NCBI GenBank assembly: GCA_030264375.1 | Contig: JASCQW010000109.1 | Span: 40,597,823 to 40,661,822, forward strand | Direction of reading: 5' to 3' | Length of the DNA stretch: 64,000 nucleotides | From: Carcharhinus longimanus | Taxonomy: Eukaryota | Shown: one piece after another, positions 50,360-63,360 of the stretch | How the letters are laid out: the number at the start of each line of letters is the position of its first letter | Position numbering within the stretch: position 1 is the first letter of the stretch | Translations under genes and position numbers: made by a program | The notes under the pieces: model-generated | What the model saw: only the letters and a program-made list of their open reading frames with translations | What the model was told of the DNA's origin: nothing | Databases searched by the model: none

Positions 50360-53300
50360 GTGAGGGTCTCTTGTTTTCTTATTAGTTGAGGGAGGAAGTT
50401 GATGTGTTTTTCTGTGGATTTTAAGTGTATAGTTTCCTTCCCAATTACCACCCCTTAGGGGCCTGAGTCTCAAACGACACTGAAGGAACCATGAAGGAAC
50501 ATGTAGGAATTGTACCTAACAATTCATTTGATTTCATAAATTAAGCACATGATTTCATTTGAGGCAAGTTTAATTCCTAATTTTATTTTTGCATAGATTA
50601 TTTAGGATTTGTTGAGTGTAACTCAGTTCAAACACTACTTGTGCCCTTTGAAAGTCAAGATTTTCTGCCTCTTATGGTTTTGATCACTTTTCATAGATGG
50701 TCACCTAGCTAATGGCAGGGAACTGGTTTAGGTAGGTTTTGTGTGTAATTCCTAAAGCTAGAGTTCTAGGGTGAAAATTTTCATGGTCGTGGCAATCTGT
50801 TAGAAAATGCCAATTTACTTTGCTTTTTGAGGTGAGAGAATAGGGAATATTTTGTTTGAGAGAGACATACCATTGATATTTTAGCATGTAGTCATGATTT
50901 CTATTTATAAGGGTTTCAACTGAGACCAGAAAGCTGTTTAAGAAAAAAAGTTGATGTTACTCATGTCTCTGAAATGGTTCTTAAGGCCATTACAGCATGT
51001 ACATTGGCTGCTTGGGTGGCCCACGGAGTAAGCAAAATATTGTTCTTGAGAAATGTGTAGTGTAGTTGATTGTATGTGAAGCTACAATGTTCTAAAGCTG
51101 AGAGAAATTGCATTCCTAGATCATTTTAACTTAGTGCCTCACACAGTCCCCATATGGAAGCTGAGAGAGTACATAAGATGTGTACTCCAAATCCAAGATC
51201 CATAATAAAGGTAGTTAAGAAATTCACTGAACTACTTTGCCTAATAAGGAGTCAAGTATAATCACTATTGCCCATTTCATGCAGTGTCACCATCAATGTT
51301 TTGTAAAATGACTTGAGTGCTTTCCAAGAATTGCTGTGCCTTCCAGGCATTGCTGAAAGAATTAGTTTACCATTATAAAGATGATCTCTTGTGATATTGG
51401 TGAATTTGTGAATTTATCTGGGGATACAATCTGCTTTACTTAAACAATGTTGAACCATGGGTCAACCAACACCTTTTATATTAGCAGATATCTCTTAAGA
51501 GCAGTATTACAACTGAGGTTTGGCCCTATTTGCTCTTTGATATAAATACTGGGCTCATTGATGTCAAATTGATCAGGTCTATGGGGAGGAAAAGTATTGA
51601 ACATTGGATCTAATGACCTCAAAATCCCATGCCTAATAAAGCTTATGGATGCTTGAGGTGTGTCCTGAAAATTTGTCATGTTTTCACCCCCTACTTGTGC
51701 AAAAGAAGGATTTCCTTTGGTTCACTTGAGAAATCCAGATCCCATAGGTGGATTTGTGGCATAAAGGGGACATAGTTACTTCAAGGAATTTTTGTCTAAC
51801 GTTAAGTACTTTGGAGGTGGAATAATTCTTGTTGCACAAAGGATTTCTGCCAAAACTGTTAAATGAAGGCCTAGATTTAGCAGTTGATGAGGAAGTCTGG
51901 TACATAATATTGGATTTAGATATGTACAAGATCAAAAATGGTATGTGTGTTGCCAGCTGTCCTACATATTTCCTTCCACATGCTGAAAGCAAGTGACTGT
52001 GACTAAGGCGGAAACTGAGACCTCCATCTTCAATAACTTTCTCAAAATCCATTTGTTCAACCAAACTGTAATCATCTCTATCATCTTGGCTCAGTCATTT
52101 TTCTTTGACCACCTGTGAGCTTTGGAACATTTCATCACATTGAAGATTCTATAAAATATAAGGTTCTGTTGATGATAGGAAATGCATTTTTGTATGTCCA
52201 AAACTTATACCCATCATGGTTTGTTTTGTAGTGAGGCAAGCAGTTAACACTGAAGTTACGCACCTCAAATTGAGGTATGGTGCTCATGCTATAATCAGGC
52301 AAACAGTGGCATTACATTCAGTTTTACTGTTCACCATGCTGTTCCCTGGTGTCAGCTGAATTGTAGGGAGTTGTCAAGACTGCACTTGTCAGTTAGTGCT
52401 CAACCAAAGACGATCCTCCTTGGGAAGGTTTTATGGAGCGATAACTAGGATGTCTTTGTTTCTGATGTGATGATCCTTGTGGTGGAAAAATAGAAAAGGA
52501 TCAAGTGTCCATTCCTGATTTAGTAATTCAATACCTGGAGTCTAATAGATTTCCAGTTGGCATAGCTGATGCTTGACCAACAAGCTTAGCTGCTGAGAGG
52601 CCTATTTTGGAGGTGGGCAGCAATTCAGTTTTACATAGCACAATATAAAAAGTTGCCGCCTTTGGGTAGTAACCCTAACTTGACAGCTGGAGGAAACTTA
52701 CCATGCTCTGTCCTGGTAAGATATGCAGCACTGGCATAATTAAGCTCCGGCACAATGTTTAGGCTAAGAGGAAAGATTGGGAGAGTCTTCAAAAGTCTCT
52801 GTATTTAGGCCATTATGGCGTTTCCCTGCAATGTTCAGCTATATCATGTGAAAAGAAACTACTCGTGTGGATTCCTTAATAGCATGATTTAGAGCTGTTA
52901 CCTTGGTAGTGGGTTTCAGTGTATATCAGGGTACACAACCATTAAAAAAAATTGGAAATTTTCAGTTTGATTTAGTCTTAGAAATATTATATTTTATGAC
53001 ACAACTCTCAAATGTGGTCTAATGTGTATCTCAGTATTTTTAAGGATTTAAAACCAGATAAAAGATTATTTTAAAAGTGAGTTGAGTGAGAAACATACAA
53101 AAGATAGAGTGGATTTAACCTTTACTAGAGTTATTATTCCTAATGCTAGCTACTTATTATTTTGGAATGCTTTCATATCTGAATTCATATTAAACTTTGC
53201 AGTAATAAGCTATACTTCTCTATGTATGAAGATAACCAATAACTAGGGGCTCCTTAGTTAAAGGAAAGCTGAAGACACTGCAGCAATTCTGTTGGTGATC

Positions 53301-55889
53301 TGAATGACCTCCGATCATCTGAAGGGATTGTTCAGTGGCTCCATGCTAACTTAAGCGCTTGCTTTTGTAGGCGAGAATGGTGATTAGTGTATGAAGTATT
53401 TTTGCAAGTGTACGGCTGGAATTGTGAGCAAACGTGTGGCATGTGAGATCAACTACTGCAGTGCCTGCTGACTAACAGCAGGAGGTCTGCTATTGCAAAA
53501 TTCTGTAATCAGAATTTTTTTCTGGAAGGAGAAACCAATGCTGCCACAAATTTTCAAATGATTAGAACAATGATAATTGAGGCTCCATTGTAATGCACTA
53601 CTCTATCTAGCCTAACTTTTTAAAAAATATCTTTATGTAACTTATTGTTAACAAATACCTGCTGGGATTGAAATCAACCAAAAGAGTTGTCCTTTTCAAG
53701 ATGACTGTTTTAGACTCTCAACAGGCTGATGCCTGCAGCTGCCTTTATTGCGAAGTACATAATTTTAAACTAGATTAATTAGCAGTGTAGGAATGCATTT
53801 AACTGTTGCAAAAAGTAACCTTTTTACATTAAAAGAATTCTCAAGTAATTGAAATATTTTGTTAGTGTCTGTACAAGCAACTTGTACAGACTAAGTTGCT
53901 TAGTCTGTACAACTAATGGTCCAGACATCAATAAAGAACTTCTTAATGCTTTCTGCTTAAAGCATGTCTATCTATATAAATTATATTTTAAGACTTGGAT
54001 CGCAAACTTCGCTACTTCCGTTTTGTTGTACTAATATTGTTAGTGTTGCCATTTCTCTAGGTGCAGCAACCCCAATCAGGACCCAGTTTCAAAAAAAACG
54101 TGGACAGGTTTTGCTGATCCCAGCAGGTTTAGTTAAGGATTGTCATCTGCTTCATGAGATCTGTGCTTTGGAATTGGTAAAACTATTAGAGTAATAGAAC
54201 AACAAGAAAGCAGATGTTGAAGTCATAAGCAGTGATCAACATATTGCCCTTTCAATGTTAATTTAGGATATCCAATTTTTAAACAATGGAATAGAAGCAT
54301 TATCACCAGCATCCTGTTAGTCACAGCCTTTTCTCAATTGCTTGAAATAAATTTAGCTAAATATATAAATATAAAAATAAATCCAGAATTGTTTAGAAAA
54401 TCCTGATCTTGGTCAAAATTATGAATAACATTACTAATTTACCTGTGTAAATTTTCCTTGCATCTAGTTTTTGATGCATAATAAGCAGGTGACTGCATAA
54501 TTTTAAAATATTTTTAAAAAGATTGAGACATTGGAAATGAGCTGTTGTATTTTCATCAACTTGCTAAATCAACTTGCTTACAATTTTAAAATGACTTTAA
54601 TATCAGTACTAATACAATGAACCAACTGGCCACCATCTACTGTGCCACTCTTCATTAGCCAATTTCAGTCCCTTTTTTGGATTATTACATGATTGACATT
54701 AAATGTTATATGCTAGAATAAAAATAAAACAAATTATTAGCTAACACTTACTATTGCCCTGTTGTTGAATTAGTTTTACAAAAATGCAGCTAATATTGAA
54801 AAAATATATTGACAGTAAAATTAATATTACTGAAAAAATTAAGTAATTCCAGTCGATAACTGAGCTACTGGACTATTATCTAATCTTTTAGTTGTAAAAA
54901 GTTTGTTTTTTGTTTAAGACATCCAGTTTTCATCACAATATAGCATTGCTCCAAAATTAAAATGCAATTTTTCTGTGAAAGGCCACTTTGTTATATAATC
55001 AAAGGATGTCTGGATGAGAATTGCAATTCAGATTTGTTTTGGATCACAGTTCAAGGGGTGTTTTCATGAAAAATGATATGCCAATCCTTTTTGTCATTTG
55101 TGTAAACACAGCATAGAAGTCATCACATTTGTATGTACTGTTGCGGCAAATGATGTAGTGTTCTTTTTGCCAGATGCTTTCACTTGAGGATGGTGTCTTG
55201 TAAAACAGAACACTTTCATCTTCTGAAGAAGCAAAATTCCACAAAGTTGCTTGCTTTGGGTCATTGAGGGTAGCTAGTTGTTAATTGGCCACACACACTG
55301 GTATTAGGTCTTACAAACCCAGTGTAAATAGGCATTGCGTGTCCTTGTTTAAATGTAGCTATTTTAAAATGTTTAAAAATCCCTTTTTTCAGGCAGCAGA
55401 ATCTTGTGTGCTGTCCTGCTTTTTGCTTTGACACTGATTAAAACTTATCAGAAAAATGAGATTTAAAAGTTTGAAGATTTCTTTCTCCTGGAGCATACAA
55501 GGATAGTTAATGGATTGTTTAAATTTCCAACAGACCAATATATTTAGGTTTTGAATTTGAGAACTAAGACCGAAGCTTCAGTATCCTCCTTGTTTTCTTT
55601 GGTTTGCCATTTGTAATACATTTTGGCTGTTTTCAGACTGTCCATGATGGGCCTGCTCACTGTTGGGTGCATTCTTCGTCCTCCTTACCCCACCAAAAAA
55701 AAAATAACACTTTTCAGAAATTAGGCTTAAGAAGCATCTTTAATTTTTATTACTGACTAAAGGTCTTTCGTCTTGGGATAATTTTTAGTATGTTCAATTT
55801 TATGCCTTTTCTGAAGAGTGTTTATTCTGGATTATATCTTAATGAGTTCAGGTTCCATCTGCAGTCTTGTCCCTGCAGTGGCTCTCTCT

Positions 55890-56290
55890 GAACATACATT
55901 TATGGTGTGCCTTTAGCTTAGCTAAAGCACCCAAGGTGCTTCACAGGAGCATTGTGAAACAGAATTTGACAGTCAGGTAAGGAAATGTAGGGACAGATGA
56001 TTTTTTAGAAGCAATAGATTTTAAGGAGCTTGTTAAAGGAGAAGGGAGAGAGACAAAGAAGTTTAGGGAAGCAGTTTCAGAGCCTGCAGCTCAAGGAATG
56101 GTGGAACGATCAGAAACATACATTGGAATTGGAGGATTGTTGGGTTAAAGTGGTGCTGAGATGGAAACTGGTGAGGTCATTGAAGCATTCTATAACAATT
56201 TTAAAGTAGAGGTGTTGCTGGATCAAGAAGCAATGAAGGGCATTGAGCATGTGATGGGTGAAAGGGATAGATGTTGAGATGTGATATGGA
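55890..56290 (-). mobile_element. Old L2-like LINE 3' fragment
   Basis: catttatggtgtgccttta...cccaaggtgcttcacaggagcatt...gattttaaggagc resembles the reverse of L2 3' tails. Confidence 0.5.
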
Positions 56291-57478
56291 TAGAAGTAGA
56301 TATGTCAATACACTTTTAATTTGAGACCTATTAAAGATGAGTTTAATCCTGCCTATACCCAGTGACCCTTGTTGGGAAATAATAATCAGGAATGGCAATT
56401 CTGTCTACATTTCCTTGCCCTGGCCCCAAGATCATAGCCTTCCTGCTGTTCCAGCTGAGATCAACTAAAAGACTATAAATTAAGCTTTTTGTTCAGTATC
56501 ACCAGGAGTTTTATTGGATGAAACTGTGGAATCATCAAGGGAAATTCACCTGTCAACTTGAAATAGCCTTTTGTGAAAAATTAATTTGGAAACCTTAAAT
56601 ATTTGCATATTCAAAGTTCATTAGCATCTTGTTCTTTGTGGTGTCAGCATATGGAGAATGCTGAGAGGTTATAGTATTCAAAGTACATGCATGATTTCTG
56701 TTGTACAATTCTTTGAAAAGAGATCTGGAGAAACATGGAACAACTTTTTGAAATGTTACAAACAGGAATCAATTATTGTAATTATACAATTGTTAATGTG
56801 ATTTACCAAGTATCATTCAAAATGAAAAATAGATTGGGGAATTTTAAGTATTACCATTGGAAAATTTTGACCAAAGTTCCTTCAGATAGCCATTTTCAGT
56901 TGTATCCTGTAACATTTAATCTAGGTCTTTAACAGAAGTGGTCCAAGTGTAAATGATCTAAATATGATTTGGAAAATTTGAATTTTTACAGTTGAATTAT
57001 TTGGCAACTTCAGTTGTCCTGTGAGCCACTTAAGTTCGATTCAGATATTTCTTGCTCCCAAATATTATAAACTTCAATAGATGTAGCATTCGAACATGGG
57101 AATGCACAATTGCTTAGATTAGAATATTATAATACTTATTTTTAAAGATGTCTTAATGTTGGTTAGCCATCTTGCTATTTTTGTATCTCTGCCCTATATA
57201 AAAGCTTAACATTTTCTAGAAATACCATGAAGGAGATACTATTTAATGTAATTTTTTTCCTTTCCCTCTTCCTCTCTGACAAAAAAACATGACATAATTT
57301 CAGATAACCCTACAAAAGTGATATCTGGAATACAAATACTTCATTAGATTAAACAAAGCAAATGTAGAATAGTTTATGTTCAGTGCTAGACTGAATAAAA
57401 GCCACAAAGTTTACACTGGTTTCACATGGGTAAGTAATTTTTGCATGGCATTTTTTCAAACATTTTTCGTGTGCTTAG

Positions 57479-58222
57479 GTACATCCAAGCAGAAGTCCAG
57501 TCCCCTGCAGGTAGCGGAACAGGATGTCCAGCCCTTCCACGAGTACCAGCCTTTAGAATGCATTGTGGAAGAGACGGAAGGCAAGCTGACAGAGCTGGGA
57601 CAAAGAATTAACGCAATTGAGAAGGCACAATTGAAGTCACTAGAGTTGATTCAGGGAGACACTTTAACCAAAGACAAGATAGAAGAACTAAAAAAGAGCA
57701 GAGAAGAGCAAGTCCAGAAGAAGAAAAAGATTTTGAAAGAGCTGCAAAAAGTTGAAAGGGAATTGCAGCTGAAAACTCAGCAGCAGTTTACCAAAGAGTA
57801 CTTGGAAGCCAAGGGTCAACAGCAGACACTTCAGCTCCAGCAACAACAGCAGCAGCAATGCCCACAAGGAGGACTGTTCCCCCAGGTGGGGACTGGTGAC
57901 TGTCTGCCAGAGGAAGACTTTTCAAAGTTGCCTCAGGTGGACACCATCTTGCACAGAGATGGCCAGCAGCAGCCACCTGCAACCCAAATGGGGTTTGTTC
58001 CTATCCAACCTTTAGCAACACAAGTGTCTCCAAACTTTACTAGTTCTGTTTATCCTATCACTAACGTACCTGATCTACAGAGAGTAATTGTGAACCAGCC
58101 TTTGTTAGGACAGGCACAACTTGCTGGACTTGGACAGGGACTCTTAGCTCAAGCACCTGATGGATTAATGGTTGCAACTCCAGCACAGACGCTAACTGAC
58201 ACTCTTGATGACATCATGGCAG
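57479..58222 (+). CDS. ANKHD1: ANKHD1 exon 15 equivalent, 744 nt, coiled-coil / Q-rich linker
   Basis: cttag|GT...GCAG|gtgggt; core of ORF 57376..58281: TSKQKSSPLQVAEQD...KIEELKKSREEQVQKKKKILKELQKVERELQLKTQQQ...TLTDTLDDIMA. Confidence 0.95.
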
Positions 58223-61200
58223 GTGGGTTAAGAATTGGTCAACTTTACCTTTTACTTTTGCTCACATCTACTAGCTTTTAGGTACAAATGGACTTTTTGT
58301 TAGATCCATTGAGACACTGAACTATACATTTAACAGCACACTAATGCTTTAATCAAACTGTTGCAATAGCAAGGCTGTTTAAGCCAACTGACTAATGCCA
58401 TACCTTTTTCAAATAGTTCTTGATTTTTAAAATGCATATGTTGGAAGTGCAGAGAAGCTAATCATCTGAAAGAGAAAATAAGACTGATGTTTTAACTATT
58501 CATCACAACTAAAGAGCCCTTCTGAGAACCAAATCTCAACTGTTAACTTTTTTCTATCAGATGCTTGTTAACTTGCTGTGCATTGTCAGCAGTTTTATTT
58601 CAAATTTCCAGATTTCATGTGATTTATAATTTTTCATTGACACTTTTATAAGATGAAAAATAAAGTGGGTTTGAAATCACAAACATTAACTTGAAAATGC
58701 AATCAGTTTATTTTTGCTAAAAATGGACGTGTTTTGCCATTCACATAAATGCATGGGGCAGGATCTCAATTTTGATTGCCCTTCTGCCCCTTTGACCTTT
58801 TTGTGGTAATTTTGTAACTGCCTATCATTTTTATTAACCATTGTCCTGCGATTGTTTAATCCACATGAAGTTGAAATAGAGTATCCTACAACTTGGACAG
58901 TTTTATTTCATGTTTTGTCACTGCAAAGCCAGTTCCTCTGAGTAATGTAATCTGGGACATATAGCTGCAGTTAAATTGGAATAAATCTGGGATTCAACTT
59001 TGAATAAGAAACAACTCCAGGGAGACTATTTCACACTTATGGCTTTGCACCAGCTTAAACCTGGCTGCCAAAAACTATTCCAGCCAACCACTAGCTTAAA
59101 AATATAGTATTTTATCTTTTAATATTATTCACTGGCTGTTTGTCTTATTGTAGAGTGAACAGTGAAGCTCGTTTACTCTATAATTGCAGGTACTACCATT
59201 AAACAATATAAATGGAGCACTTCCATTAAAAGTTAAAAATCAAAAACTATATACCAAAACTGAGCCTCTTGTTTCTTACAAAGCTGATATTCTTCAAGAA
59301 CTCTTGTAAGGTATTACCATCTTCTAATCCAAATGCTTTTCTCTTAAAAATATGATCTTAAATGAATCGATTCTCTCACTTCTGAGTTAACCATTTTATG
59401 AAGGGCTAAGCAACTATGTAATGTTATAAAATGGACAAAACTTTAAAGCATTGTTTCATCAATCTGATCCTAGCCTTAAGAGTTAAGGTAGTTTGTCATT
59501 TGATGGAAGATCTCGTTTGGAAATAACAACACAGTTGTTTTTTGTCAACTGTGGCGAATACTGTGTTATGACGTTGAATTGAGAAAATGTCAGAAGTTAG
59601 CCTATTCTTTTAGCAGTGGTGTGCATAAATATGAAAAATTGAATGTTTATAAAATTTTGCAGAAAGTAGATTGAAGTCAACTTGATGCTAATTGAAATTT
59701 TTAGGCCATATCTTCTAATATCACACTAATTTGAAGTGTCCAAGCAGAAAATAATTGAAATTACCACAGTAAAGTTTTCTAGATTCATAAATGTGGTTCT
59801 TTAATATCTGGTTATATTTGGTATTTGAAAAAATTTTGATTCAAAATTCCAAATATTAGATTTTGTAAATGGATATTTTTCGAAAGCTGCTGAATAGTTT
59901 AGTCATAAGGAATGCAGTTTGCTTCTCAGACTTAATTGGATTTTAGTTCTAAACAGCGCACAAGACGCAATCTTACTGAATTTTTAGTGAGCTCTTAGGT
60001 GGCCGATGATAAATGTTTGTAGTTTGTTTTTGTGCTATTGCTGCAATGGTAAATTATAATAGTGGCACCTAGTGGTGGTATGATGACATTTGAGGATTTT
60101 GTTCTCAGCAAAATGTCTTTCTCAGAATAAAAATGCAGCCAGTCACTGAGCAGAGTTAGGCCTAATCGCTTGTAATTTCATGTAGCTCTCTGCATACTAA
60201 ATGAGTTGTGAATCTGTTAACTTGGGCCAAAGTTGTGAGAAAATGAGTTATGATATTTTTTAAATTCTAATTGTGCCAAATAAAAGGCAATTTCCTTTTG
60301 ATAGCTGAATTACGCTATTTGCAGAAACTTGGCGTGGATACCAGTTACACTTAAAGTTTACTTTTTGCTGCGGCAGGAGAGGTGAGATTCCTGCTGCCCT
60401 CCTATGGAGATGAGATTATCACTTTAAAGTATTTATTCTCTTCTTTGCATTGTCCTGTACCATTCATTATCTGCAGATAGGAAAGCTGAAATCAGCAACT
60501 GCAAGTCGCACTGAAGATTCTGGGTAGGTAAAGGAGAAGACAGAATACAGCTTTTTAATTGTTCTGATTAACCAGACTTGAAATTGAATTAAATTCAAAA
60601 TGAATTGACCCCTTTTTCAAAATCTATAGTCTGCATTAAAACTCCCAGATCAGGTACAGCACAATCAGATTAGAATAAGCTTCCTGTCATCCTGTTTGTC
60701 AGCCTTGACCGCAGAAGAACACTCGTTGCTTTTAACGATGTGACACTTTCTATGCTACTGATCCAAGTTTCTTGATGAGATTGCTATATTTGGGTACAAT
60801 TTTGTACTATGGTTCCTGTCCACTTTGAATTTGGACAGATGCTGCTTAAACTAATTTCACACAGGATCATTCCTGCGAACTGCAAAGGAGAATTTTTCAT
60901 CCCATCAGTCTGGAGCTGGACTTGAAGTCAGTTTCTAAAGTTCAAAAACTGAGATTTTATTCACTATTAGCCCTCTTTGCCTATATCATTACTATTCAAG
61001 AGGCAAAATTAAACTAGCCTGTATTCTGGCATGTAATTGCTGTTGTGATTTGTTTTGCTGGAAAGTGCATGCTTTGATATAATTTCAGGTTAGAAGGCTC
61101 AGATATGATTATTCCCATCATACACACGCACTTGCATATTCTGTCCAGACTTGAGTACAAAGAATGGTCACTTACTTGAAAATTCAGGACTCTTTGCCTG

Positions 61201-61554
61201 GTTTGGAGCAATGGATCCCATCCTGAATGGGAAGGGTACTGAAGGTTGTTTAATTTTGGCAATTTGTGAGAGACTCCTTTCGATCAGACTTTCAATTCTG
61301 CAGGAGGGTAATTCCCTAGCAGTACTATTATAATTTGCAAAAGACAATATCAGTTACCCAAATATAATTGCATTTTAATGCACTGACAAAGTGTGCTAGT
61401 AAAATAGTTTTTCTAATTCTTGCACAAGAAGCAAATTGGTGCTCAGAGAGGCAGAAGCTATTGATCCATTTCCAATCCTGGAATTCAGGAAAGTCTTGGT
61501 GTGTGGATCCCAAGTTGAAGATCCAGTTCTCCCCATCACCTGGCTAGAAAATTA

Positions 61555-61660
61555 AAAATTTTGAACACCAAAACAGATTATCTGGCCATTTGTCTTATTG
61601 TGTGGGGGAAGTTGTACAGATTGGCTGCAAAGCGTAGAAGTAACTATTTTCAATATTTAG
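61555..61660 (+). mobile_element. DeuSINE-like (SacSINE1/AmnSINE1-like) fragment
   Basis: aaaacagattatctggccatt...tgtgggg...ttggctgc; an opposite-strand counterpart lies at 63240-63360. Confidence 0.45.
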
Positions 61661-63239
61661 ATCAATTTAGTTAACTTTTGCACCCATTTTCTAAGAAAGA
61701 TTGCAATGCAGCTCTTGTTTAGCTTGCAAACTCAATCCCCCAGGTTAATTTTTTTTTACTATTCAGTTAAAAATTTATTGGTTTTTAATTTATTTGTTTG
61801 CCTTTTGGAAAGGGTGATTAAGAAAAGTTTTTCCAGTCTGATATGCAATTTCTCAATAGTGCCAATAGCAGCAGCAGTTTTTAAAAAAACATTTTAAATT
61901 TCTTTCTGCACTTATTTATACTGAAGACTCTACTGAAAAACATACACAAAACTGAAACATTTTAATTCAGAAAAACTATGGAAAATATATCTTTCAAACC
62001 TCTTTTGTAACCGTATTGTATTCAGAGTTTGCAAATGGCAATGGTATTATTTTCACTTGCACTATCTAGGTGTTTTGTAAATAAACCCTGTCTTTTGACC
62101 ATTTTTCCCACCAAATTGACCAGTTGTTAATCTCCAAGTGTGAGGAAATTTTATGCCCTTTTGTCCTCCTGGACTGATGTATCCAAATTCTCATTTGCTT
62201 TACTTTCACTATTGAGTTAAATATTTTGTGCACATTTATTAAGTTTGTTCTGAGGTTTTTTTGGGGATGAAGAATCCTAGTTTATTGAGATATTCCTTCA
62301 AACCTTTTTCCCTTTACCATTGGGGATCAGCCATAACACAATCTCCAGGTTACAATAACTCACGTGACAATGTCATGTGTAGTAAATGAAGGAATTTTAT
62401 ACTTGGCTTGAATTCTGGAAATTTACATTTAACTCATTCAGTATCCCATTACTTTGTGTTTGTATTATTTGGATATAGTCAGTGTTAAATTAACAATCCC
62501 CTTTCGATCTCTTTCAACTCATTCTTTTACTCCTCTAGTGGTATGTTCTACACAACCTATGGGGTACCATGTCTGTCTTCATTTCAAGTATGAATTACGT
62601 TGCATTTGTCTTTATTGAGTTTGATTTTTCACCCATCATCTTGGGTCCAAATTTTATTTGTAACCTCTTAACTGCCTCGTTGCTTGGTGTCATCTGCAAA
62701 AATTGCAATTACATTTTTGAGGAAAAGGAGGGATCCTGCTTTCAGCTCTATCGTTCCATATTGTTCCCACTCTATTGTGAAGTGACTCCTGTTAACTAAT
62801 TCAGTTCATTGTATCCAGTCACTTAATTTGTAAAGGTGTTTTTCATGTAGTACTTTACAGTAGGCCTTTTGAAGTAGAGAACTCTGCCATATGCCTTATT
62901 TCCCTCCCCAGAGTTTGACGCAGAACAAAATTAGTTGAGAAAGGAAGGTCTCAAGTTTAGCCCTTGTCTTGTACTGAGTTCATTAATCTCAGCAAGGAAG
63001 CAATAATCTGTATAAGGCAGAGTATACATTAGCCAGGATACTAACTCTGAAGTTTGAGTACCTTGTGGAAATGCTCATCTGTGCATGTGGGGCTGAGCAG
63101 TGAAGCTGCACATGGTCAGGTATCCTGCTATTTGTCCATACTTGCTGAAGCATAACATTTTAGATGACATACTGGAGACTTAACATCCTCTTAAAGGAAA
63201 GATCTTCAGCATGTGAAACCCTTTATTTTGGGAGAAAAG

Positions 63240-63360
63240 GGCTTCATAGCAATTGAAGTACTTTTGAAGTGTAGGCAAATACAGTAGCCAATATTCTTCA
63301 TAAAGACCCCACAAACACACATGAGATAAATGACCAGTTATCTTGCTTTTGGTGATTTTT
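63240..63360 (-). mobile_element. DeuSINE-like (SacSINE1/AmnSINE1-like) fragment
   Basis: gaagtacttttgaagtgtagg...agccaat...cccacaaaca...gataaatgaccagttatct. Confidence 0.5.

Larger units (their letters stand above)
26829..58222 (+). other. ANKHD1: ANKHD1 (ankyrin repeat and KH domain-containing 1 / MASK1), partial gene: 13 internal coding exons; gene extends beyond the identified exons on both sides
   Basis: Thirteen GT-AG exons splice in one frame (2529 nt) to GIGKLSTADGKAFADPEVLRRL...ankyrin repeats...TDTLDDIMA. Residues I recall as ANKHD1-type rather than ANKRD17-type: RKLLDEGRS, LLAQG, GHLCTVQF, NRATANNDHTVVSL, GHTNVVSYLL, GTSKQKSS, YQPLECIVEETEGKL, FTKEYLE, PDGLMVATPAQTLTD. Confidence 0.92.

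Noticed and set aside
26829-58222. Assignment to ANKRD17
   Set aside because: Most residues I recall as diagnostic, in both the ankyrin repeats and the linker, follow ANKHD1; the ANKRD17-like ones are better explained as ancestral.
57376-58281. 301-aa ORF as a stand-alone gene
   Set aside because: It is exon 15 (57479-58222) plus intronic read-through on both sides.
58440-58615. Third Penelope/hammerhead-like relic
   Set aside because: There is faint resemblance to the 49039-49132 element, but core and stems are too decayed to call.
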